Origin: an uncultured Bacteroidales bacterium
GTDB taxonomy: Bacteria; Bacteroidota; Bacteroidia; Bacteroidales; ML635J-15
Direction: 5' to 3'
NCBI GenBank assembly: GCA_964493875.1
Contig: CAZBPT010000004.1
Coordinates: 1 to 58,466, forward strand
Length of the DNA stretch: 58,466 nt
The position numbers and the translations under genes were made by a program. This document shows positions 50,061 to 58,466 of the stretch, piece by piece (within the stretch, counting starts at the first letter, position 1; each line of letters starts with the position of its first letter). Below the pieces are notes generated by a model. That model did no database searches, was not told the origin of the DNA, and saw nothing but the letters and a program-made list of their open reading frames with translations.

Positions 50061-51467
50061 TTACTCGCCAAGGGCTTTCAATATTTTTTTCTTTATATCA
50101 GAATTCTCATAACTACCACTAAATAACTTATCCCCTACTCCAAGTGCCCAAATAGGTACTTTTGCTGCTGTATGGTCCCAAGTAGTAAAACCTACCCCAA
50201 GTCGATCAGTAAAAATTTTTAATATTGCAAGCGAAAGTGGATTATAACCTGCATAAGTTGCTTTTAATTTTTCTTTTGATATTGTTGTATCTCTTTTTAG
50301 ATAAACATCATAGGCTTTTTGTAGAGACGCAGTTTCTTCTTCATTAAAAAGCAAGACTGTATCAAGAAATTCTCTTTGAATAAAATTTATTACAGTATCA
50401 AAATCAAAATTATTATTATTTTTATGATATTCATTAATTTTTTTAGATAATAGTTCGCGAGAAATCTTCTGTTTGTCTATGTTATAAAAAGAAGACCCGT
50501 AACCATTTTTTGCATTGCCAAGACTTAATCCACCGGTTTCATGATCGGCAGTAACAATTATAAGAGTTTCATCCTTATGCTCTTTATAAAATTTCATTGC
50601 AATAGATACAGCGTCATTAAAGTCTAAAACTTCTTTTACGGCAGTAGCAGCATCATTTTCGTGACATGCCCAATCTATTTTACCTCCTTCAACCATAATA
50701 AAAAAACCATTCTCATTATCCAAAAAATTAATGGCAGATTCTGTAATATCTTTTAATGAATAACAATTGTAGAAATTATTATCAATGGCGTATGGCATTT
50801 CACTATCATCTAATAGTTGAGGATTGACAAAAATCATTTTTTTATTATTAGAATTTTTCAATAACGACAAATCGCTTATCGAATCATAATTTTTTTGTCT
50901 AAAAACATCATAAATATTTTCTTTATCGTTATTTTTTCCTGTAAAATATCTAAAACCGCCACCTGCAAAAAGCTCAAAATTTGATTTAGTAGCATCATAA
51001 GCAATATCATAATAATTTTTTCTTGAAGAATTTGAAGCATAAAAAGCAGCAGGCGTAGCATCATCCATTGGACAAGTAGAAATAATACCAACTTTATAAT
51101 CTTTTTTATGCAAATACTTAGCTATTGATTTTTCTTTATCTGTAGCATCTCCAAAATAAGAAATATTACTATAATTTTCTTTTTCACCACAAGCAATTGC
51201 AGAACCAGCAGCTCCGGAATCAGTAATAAAAAGATTTTTACAAGTAGTCTCACATTGACCAAAAACAGGAAAGTCGGTAAAAAGAAGATGAGAAAAAGCA
51301 ATGGAATCAGAAATTGCAGCTTCCGTCAAAGAAACATGGTTCATTCCCATACCATCGCCAATAAAAAGAAAAATATATTTTAGATTCTTCTTTTCATTTT
51401 GACTATAAACAGATAAAATATTAAACGATAATAAAACTAATAGGAATATTTTACAAAAATATTTCAT
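50061..51467 (-). CDS. Alkaline phosphatase, secreted
   Basis: 468 aa with a signal peptide. It has FIGDGMG, an active-site Ser context (TDSGAAGSA), DWACHEND and TADHETGG. Confidence 0.85.
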   Translation of the reverse strand: MKYFCKIFLLVLLSFNILSVYSQNEKKNLKYIFLFIGDGMGMNHVSLTEAAISDSIAFSHLLFTDFPVFGQCETTCKNLFITDSGAAGSAIACGEKENYSNISYFGDATDKEKSIAKYLHKKDYKVGIISTCPMDDATPAAFYASNSSRKNYYDIAYDATKSNFELFAGGGFRYFTGKNNDKENIYDVFRQKNYDSISDLSLLKNSNNKKMIFVNPQLLDDSEMPYAIDNNFYNCYSLKDITESAINFLDNENGFFIMVEGGKIDWACHENDAATAVKEVLDFNDAVSIAMKFYKEHKDETLIIVTADHETGGLSLGNAKNGYGSSFYNIDKQKISRELLSKKINEYHKNNNNFDFDTVINFIQREFLDTVLLFNEEETASLQKAYDVYLKRDTTISKEKLKATYAGYNPLSLAILKIFTDRLGVGFTTWDHTAAKVPIWALGVGDKLFSGSYENSDIKKKILKALGE

Positions 51468-51476
51468 ATATCAAAA

Positions 51477-54400
51477 TCATTTAATTAAAATTTTTCGAAA
51501 TTCTTTACTGTCTTTAGTTTCTATAACTGCAAAATAATTTCCGGAATTAAGTTTTAATTTAAAATCTACAATTTGCGAATTAATATTTTCTTTTACAGAT
51601 ACTTTATTACCAAGTAAATCAAATATTGTTATTTTATTTATTAAAGATTTTGACTTAATTGAAAAATTACCATTTGAAGGGTTTGGAAATAATTCAACAA
51701 TGTCAGTTGAATTAATATCAATGCCTGTAAGATAAGAAATGATTATATTTTGAATTGAATCTTTACACATATTTGCATCTGTAACTGTAACAGAATAATT
51801 GCCTTCAGGAAGATTAGGCATGAGCATATTATCGCCATTTGTAGTTTGTCCATTCGACCACAATCCGCTAAAATCGGGAGTACCACTCTCAACATTAACC
51901 AAAATACTTCCATCACTTGAAGAAGAAGAAGAAGGAGGAGTTACAGAATGAGTTAAAGATACAGGTTGGAACAAAGTTACAGAAATCGGAATATTGTCAC
52001 TCACACATTCACCAATAATATGACGGAAATAATATGTTCCACTTTCACTTACATATTGACTATTGCTTTGATAATTTGAATTAATTAAGGTTGTAGAATT
52101 TCCTTGCCAATAAAAATTACATTCAGGACAATCGCATGAAGAAAAAACAGATAACGAAACACTATCAGCACAATGTTGCCCTTCATTAGAAACCACGTAA
52201 TCGATATTACTAAAATTATCAACAATTAAAGCAGTTACAGGAACTCGTTCGCTAATGCAAGTAGCAGAATAAGTAATATCCCAATCATAGAAATAATAAT
52301 AAGAACTTGTATTAGCTGCTGAATTTCCAATAATATTTATAACATTATCAACGGAATAAGGGTAGCTTGCACCGTCACTGTTTCTGTATAAACGAGAAGT
52401 ACCTTCGGCCAATGCTAACTTATAACCGGATCCGGCAGGTACAGAAAAATTCAAAGTAATTCTTTCTCCACTCTGATTATTCGGAATTGTTAAAGTAACT
52501 TCATCTAAAACATTATCTTGTGCATCTAAAAGCTGAATTGTTCTATCTGCACTTTGATTTGAATAAACCAATACAGAATTAATTGTTATATTTTGAAGAG
52601 CATCAAAAACAAGATAATGAGAATTTGTATACGAAAAATACCCACCGCTTCCAAATTCCTTTGAAACAGCTCCAACATTATCGTTACTTGTGGTGCTTAT
52701 TACGTTTTCAACATAATAATTTGTTGTAGTATTATAAATATTTGTGTAAGATGTACCACTATTAATCAAATTTCCACCAGTTAAAGCATCGTACCACTTC
52801 AAAGTTCCGTTTCCTGTTGCAGTAAGAGTAAGAGATGCAGGAGTAGAACAACTTTCATCACCAACAGTTGTAGGGATTTCAACAATATTATCTAAAGTAA
52901 TAACTTGACTGCTTAAAAAAGTTAGACCGCAAACATTAACCGAAAAGGTAACTGTAAAATTTCCATTATTTTGATATGTATGAATTGGATCTAAATCATT
53001 AGAAGAAGATTCGTCACCAAAATTCCAAGTATAAGAATCAATATTATCATTATCGGGAATAAAATTAATTACACCACTACACGACATAGGTTGTTCATAA
53101 GTAAAATCTGCAATAGAATTATCAGTAATAGGTTGTAAAGAGACATTCAATTGTGTAGAATTATTATTGGTAGTAGATACAGAAACTGTTTTAGATATAT
53201 AACCTGTCTTAGAGAAAGTTACATTGTATGTCCCTGCATAAATAGGACGGAAATAATTTCCTAAAGGAGAAAAAGAATAAACTTCGGAGCCTAACTCATC
53301 ATGACCTGCAATTTCAACTTTAACGCCGGGCAATGGAGTTCCACTGCAACTATCTGTGATTATACCTCTAAAACCGTATAAAACTTGTTCAGTATAATCC
53401 AGCATTGCTTGGCGGTTAAAATTCCAATGATTATTTAATTCACCAACATCTAATTTTTTTTCAACTGAAACTTCAATGGTAATTTCTCTACAATGTTTAA
53501 AAAAATTCATATAATCTTGTCTGCTACCAGAAATCCAATACCAATCGCTACCTTCGGTAATCCCGTCATTTCCTATTTCGCTAGCACAATCTTGAAAATA
53601 TCCTGCACCGGAATATGTATGTCCTTGACTATTAGCAATAGCTAAATCGGCATATAATTCAGAAACATAGAGCCACCAATATTCATCAGCGGGACGAATA
53701 TTAGTTCGTGGAAGCACTGAAGTTTCGCCATATAAATCCCAAGGATAATTTATCAAACTTGCACCACCGTGTAGATTTGCAGCCATTGTAAAATTATGCA
53801 GGTCTGCATAGTTTTGCATAGCAACAACTTCAGCTTGAGTGGAATCCGCATTAGTACCAGAATCATAAGGAGCACCATCAATATATGGAAAACTTCTATT
53901 CAAATCAACATAATTACCATTATATCGCGTGGAATTAGCAACGCTTGTGCCATTTGTATAATTTTTATAGGTACCATCAGGATTTGCCATAGGACATATA
54001 TAAACAACAGTATTATTTACAATATTTGTAACTTGAGAAATCGAATTATAGTTTGACAACAAATAATCGGCAAAACGGAGTTCGAGAATCAAACCACAAA
54101 TTTCGTCTCCATGCATTGAAGAAGACCAAAAAAATTCCGGTTCATCTTCAATTTGAGAAATATTATCAGAAATTACAATGCATAAAATCGGACGATTATT
54201 TACAGCCGTGAAACCTATTGTATCCAATCTGCATAAAGAAGGATAATCCTCAACAAAATTTTGCATCATTTCTTGATAAACTGCAAAAGTTGGATATTTA
54301 TCCCAATTTACCATCTGAGAAACATCGGTAGCCATAGTTGTAGCCTTTGTCGCTAAATAATAATCATAAACTGGCTCAAACTGGATATTAAACAAAAGAA

Positions 54401-54635
54401 AATTATCAAATTCCGATCTGTTTGCATAAGCAAAAACTTTATCGGCTTTCACTCTGTCGATAGAAATTTCTTTTGTTAATTGACCAAGAATTTCATTATT
54501 TGGCCTATCAAAAGAGAAAAATAATTCACCTCTTTGATTAATCATTTGATTGGCAAAATCTAAATCTTCGTTTTGAGAAAAAACGACAGAAGAATAAAAA
54601 ACACATATTAGTAGAAATCCAAATACTTTTTTCAT
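51477..54635 (-). CDS. M14-family zinc carboxypeptidase with PKD/Ig-like repeats and a T9SS C-terminal sorting domain
   Basis: The ORF is open to 54656, and ATG 54635 gives the signal peptide MKKVFGFLLICVFYSSVVFSQ. M14 motifs are present (SSMHGDE, NPDG, NLHGG). It also has a PKD motif (WNFGDESSSNDLDPIHTY) and a CTD (LFPNPSNGNFSI...GNYFAVI...ILIK). Confidence 0.85.
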   Translation of the reverse strand: MKKVFGFLLICVFYSSVVFSQNEDLDFANQMINQRGELFFSFDRPNNEILGQLTKEISIDRVKADKVFAYANRSEFDNFLLFNIQFEPVYDYYLATKATTMATDVSQMVNWDKYPTFAVYQEMMQNFVEDYPSLCRLDTIGFTAVNNRPILCIVISDNISQIEDEPEFFWSSSMHGDEICGLILELRFADYLLSNYNSISQVTNIVNNTVVYICPMANPDGTYKNYTNGTSVANSTRYNGNYVDLNRSFPYIDGAPYDSGTNADSTQAEVVAMQNYADLHNFTMAANLHGGASLINYPWDLYGETSVLPRTNIRPADEYWWLYVSELYADLAIANSQGHTYSGAGYFQDCASEIGNDGITEGSDWYWISGSRQDYMNFFKHCREITIEVSVEKKLDVGELNNHWNFNRQAMLDYTEQVLYGFRGIITDSCSGTPLPGVKVEIAGHDELGSEVYSFSPLGNYFRPIYAGTYNVTFSKTGYISKTVSVSTTNNNSTQLNVSLQPITDNSIADFTYEQPMSCSGVINFIPDNDNIDSYTWNFGDESSSNDLDPIHTYQNNGNFTVTFSVNVCGLTFLSSQVITLDNIVEIPTTVGDESCSTPASLTLTATGNGTLKWYDALTGGNLINSGTSYTNIYNTTTNYYVENVISTTSNDNVGAVSKEFGSGGYFSYTNSHYLVFDALQNITINSVLVYSNQSADRTIQLLDAQDNVLDEVTLTIPNNQSGERITLNFSVPAGSGYKLALAEGTSRLYRNSDGASYPYSVDNVINIIGNSAANTSSYYYFYDWDITYSATCISERVPVTALIVDNFSNIDYVVSNEGQHCADSVSLSVFSSCDCPECNFYWQGNSTTLINSNYQSNSQYVSESGTYYFRHIIGECVSDNIPISVTLFQPVSLTHSVTPPSSSSSSDGSILVNVESGTPDFSGLWSNGQTTNGDNMLMPNLPEGNYSVTVTDANMCKDSIQNIIISYLTGIDINSTDIVELFPNPSNGNFSIKSKSLINKITIFDLLGNKVSVKENINSQIVDFKLKLNSGNYFAVIETKDSKEFRKILIK

Positions 54636-54653
54636 GATTATTGAATATATGTA

Positions 54654-54661
54654 CAAATATA
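54654..54661 (-). promoter_or_regulatory. Candidate -7 promoter motif (TATATTTG on minus strand) for the M14/alkaline phosphatase pair
   Basis: CAAATATA on the plus strand, 18 nt upstream of the start at 54635. Confidence 0.4.
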
Positions 54662-54714
54662 ATTATTATTATAAAAAATTTGTCAAAAAAAAACAATAAT
54701 TTTATAAAAAATTT

Positions 54715-54722
54715 TATCTTTG
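54715..54722 (+). promoter_or_regulatory. Candidate -7 promoter motif TATCTTTG
   Basis: Exact TAnnTTTG, 16 nt upstream of the ATG at 54739. Confidence 0.45.
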
Positions 54723-54738
54723 TATATTAACAAAAAAA

Positions 54739-55719
54739 ATGGAAAAAAAAGGAATAATTTCAGCTTTTCTAGAAGAAAATTATAAGCATTTTAATGCAGC
54801 AGCATTAATGGACGCATCAAAGGCATATATTGCACATTTGAATGCAGGAGGTAAAATGATGATAACTCTCGGCGGTGCTATGAGTACAGCTGAATTGGGA
54901 AAAACATTGGCAGAAATGATCCGTCAAGACAAAGTACATATTATTACTTGTACTGGTGCAAATTTAGAAGAAGATGTTTTTAATCTTATGGCACACAGCA
55001 AATACGTAAGAGTACCAAACTATAGAGACTTCACACCTGAAGACGAAAAAGCTTTATACGAAAAAGGCTTAAACAGAGTTACTGACACTTGTATCCCTGA
55101 AGAAGAAGCGTTTAGACATTTAGAAAAAGAATTACTAAAAGTATGGACAGACGCTGAAAAAAAAGGAGAAAGATATTTTCCTCATGAATTTTTATACAAA
55201 ATTATTAGAAGCAAAGTATTAGAAAAAGCAGGATATGAAATTGATCCAAAAAATTCTTGGATGCTTGCAGCTTGCGATAAAAATATTCCTATTATCGTTC
55301 CAGGATGGGAAGATAGTACTTCTGGAAATCTTTTTGCAGCAGCAGTTATCAGAAAAGAAATCACACCAAAATGCTTAAAAGGAGGTATTGAATACATGAC
55401 ATTCTTAGCAAATTGGTATAAAGAAAATTCAAAAGGACAAGGCGTAGGATTTTTCCAAATCGGCGGTGGTATTTCTGGAGATTTCCCGATCTGTGTTGTT
55501 CCAATGATGATTCAAGATTTACAATGGGAAGAAACCCCATTTTGGGCTTACTTCTGCCAAATTAGCGACTCAACAACAAGCTATGGCTCATACTCAGGTG
55601 CAGTTCCTAACGAAAAAATCACTTGGGGAAAATTAGAACCCGGAACTCCTACTTTTATTGTTGAATCTGACGCTACTATTGTTGCTCCATTAATATTTGC
55701 ATATATTTTAGGTTATTAA
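54739..55719 (+). CDS. Deoxyhypusine synthase family protein (bacterial DHS-like, possible homospermidine synthase)
   Basis: 326 aa. Length and overall pattern match the DHS family (MITLGGAMSTAELG, IITCTGANLEED, VPGWEDS, FQIGGGISGDF). Confidence 0.7.
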   Translation: MEKKGIISAFLEENYKHFNAAALMDASKAYIAHLNAGGKMMITLGGAMSTAELGKTLAEMIRQDKVHIITCTGANLEEDVFNLMAHSKYVRVPNYRDFTPEDEKALYEKGLNRVTDTCIPEEEAFRHLEKELLKVWTDAEKKGERYFPHEFLYKIIRSKVLEKAGYEIDPKNSWMLAACDKNIPIIVPGWEDSTSGNLFAAAVIRKEITPKCLKGGIEYMTFLANWYKENSKGQGVGFFQIGGGISGDFPICVVPMMIQDLQWEETPFWAYFCQISDSTTSYGSYSGAVPNEKITWGKLEPGTPTFIVESDATIVAPLIFAYILGY

Positions 55720-55769
55720 TAATTATATTATAAAATCACAATAGGTAACCATAAAAATACACAATTGAT

Positions 55770-56927
55770 ATGGCAAAAATTCTAATTATAGATGACGAGA
55801 AAAGCATAAGAATCTCTTTAAAAGAAATTTTAAGTTTCGAACAGCACGAAGTCGATTTGGCGGAAAATGGTAAAATGGGATTAGAAATGCAAAAATCTAA
55901 TAACTATGACGTAATTTTCTTGGATATTAAAATGCCACAAATGGACGGAATGGAAGTTCTCGAAAAAATCATTCAGGATAATCCCGAACTACCAGTGGTG
56001 ATGATTTCCGGACACGGAACTATTGATACCGCCGTTGAAGCTATTAAAAAAGGAGCATTCGATTTTATTCAAAAACCATTAGACCTAAACAGGATAATGA
56101 TTACAATAAAAAATGCCCTCGACAAATCTTCATTAGTTCAGGAAACTCAAACTTTAAAGAAAAAAGTTTCTCAGAAATATCAAATGATAGGTAATTCTCC
56201 TGCAATCATTAAAGTGAAAGATATGATTTCTAAAGTGGCTTCTACAGATGCCCGCATATTAATTACAGGAGAAAACGGTACCGGAAAAGAAGTGGTTGCC
56301 CGATGGATTTTTGAAAAAAGTAAAAGATGCGGAGAAGCATTCGTTGAAGTTAACTGCGCTGCAATTCCTTCCGAACTAATCGAAAGTGAACTTTTTGGAC
56401 ACGAAAAAGGTGCTTTTACATCAGCAATAAAACAAAAAAAAGGAAAATTTGAACAAGCTAACAAAGGTACAATCTTCTTAGACGAAATCGGAGATATGAG
56501 TTTGGCGGCTCAAGCCAAAGTATTACGTGCTCTGCAAGAAAATAAAATTTCTCGCGTAGGTAGCGATGCAGATATTAATATTGACGTAAGAGTGATTGCT
56601 GCAACAAACAAAAATTTAAAAGAAGAAATAGAAAAGAAAACATTTAGAGAAGACCTCTACCACAGATTGAGCGTAATAATTATCAATGTACCTCCTTTAA
56701 ATGAACGTTTAGAAGATATTCCGCTTTTAGCAAATCATTTTATCGAATTAGCATGTAACGAACAAAAAATTCCACAGAAAACTATCAAAGATGAAGCTTT
56801 AGACGAACTTAAAAAAATAAATTGGACAGGAAATATCAGGGAATTTAGAAACGTAATCGAAAGATTAGTGATTCTCGGAGAAAACGAAATTTCTGCAAGC
56901 AACATTAAAGATTTTGCAACAAAATAA
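55770..56927 (+). CDS. Sigma-54-dependent response regulator (receiver plus AAA+), lacking a C-terminal HTH domain
   Basis: 385 aa with a receiver (ILIIDDE...VIFLDIKMP). The AAA+ domain has Walker A (GENGTGKE), GAFTSA (the GAFTGA variant), Walker B (IFLDEIGDM) and an R-finger region. The protein ends about 15 aa after NIREFRNVIERL. Confidence 0.85.
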   Translation: MAKILIIDDEKSIRISLKEILSFEQHEVDLAENGKMGLEMQKSNNYDVIFLDIKMPQMDGMEVLEKIIQDNPELPVVMISGHGTIDTAVEAIKKGAFDFIQKPLDLNRIMITIKNALDKSSLVQETQTLKKKVSQKYQMIGNSPAIIKVKDMISKVASTDARILITGENGTGKEVVARWIFEKSKRCGEAFVEVNCAAIPSELIESELFGHEKGAFTSAIKQKKGKFEQANKGTIFLDEIGDMSLAAQAKVLRALQENKISRVGSDADINIDVRVIAATNKNLKEEIEKKTFREDLYHRLSVIIINVPPLNERLEDIPLLANHFIELACNEQKIPQKTIKDEALDELKKINWTGNIREFRNVIERLVILGENEISASNIKDFATK

Positions 56928-56991
56928 TAAATTGAATTATATTGATTTATTTATTTTTAGTTATTAACATTTAATATATTTTTGCTTTTGA

Positions 56992-58466
<1,475 letters not shown>

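Noticed and set aside
51919-51933. A (GAA)5 trinucleotide repeat on the plus strand, encoding the poly-Ser linker of the M14 protein on the minus strand.
   Set aside because: It is in-frame, short, and typical of inter-domain linkers. It does not merit its own finding beyond a mention.

Overview
This is a very AT-rich, gene-dense 58.5-kb chromosomal segment that reads as core genome of a Bacteroidota (Bacteroidales-like) bacterium. The supporting signs are T9SS C-terminal sorting domains, TAnnTTTG promoter motifs just upstream of many genes, a Rho with a very large N-terminal insertion, coaX-lptC-gldE-type synteny, nqr genes, buk, and C69/S9/M14/M49 peptidases. About 47 protein genes are supportable, almost all housekeeping or envelope/secreted functions. 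gyrB runs off the right edge and a signal-peptide start runs off the left edge. I see no rRNA, tRNA, CRISPR array, integrase, transposase, phage or recognisable defence genes, and I cannot point to a complete multi-gene novel system. The observations most worth a second look are: (1) Two small secreted-protein genes are each inserted between conserved neighbours and flanked by long direct repeats (about 105 bp and about 65 bp) that duplicate the 3' end of the upstream gene, with no recombinase in sight. (2) A T10 homopolymer uncouples a lipoprotein signal peptide from an 800-aa transglutaminase-like ORF, which could be a phase switch, a frameshift or a sequencing error. (3) Rho carries a roughly 290-aa Asn/Lys-rich insertion. 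(4) There is a 1175-aa MMPL transporter/acyltransferase/methyltransferase-like fusion. (5) nqrDEF is present without nqrABC and is appended to an lptC-gldE-like operon. (6) A sigma-54 activator lacks a DNA-binding domain and sits next to a bacterial deoxyhypusine-synthase homologue.
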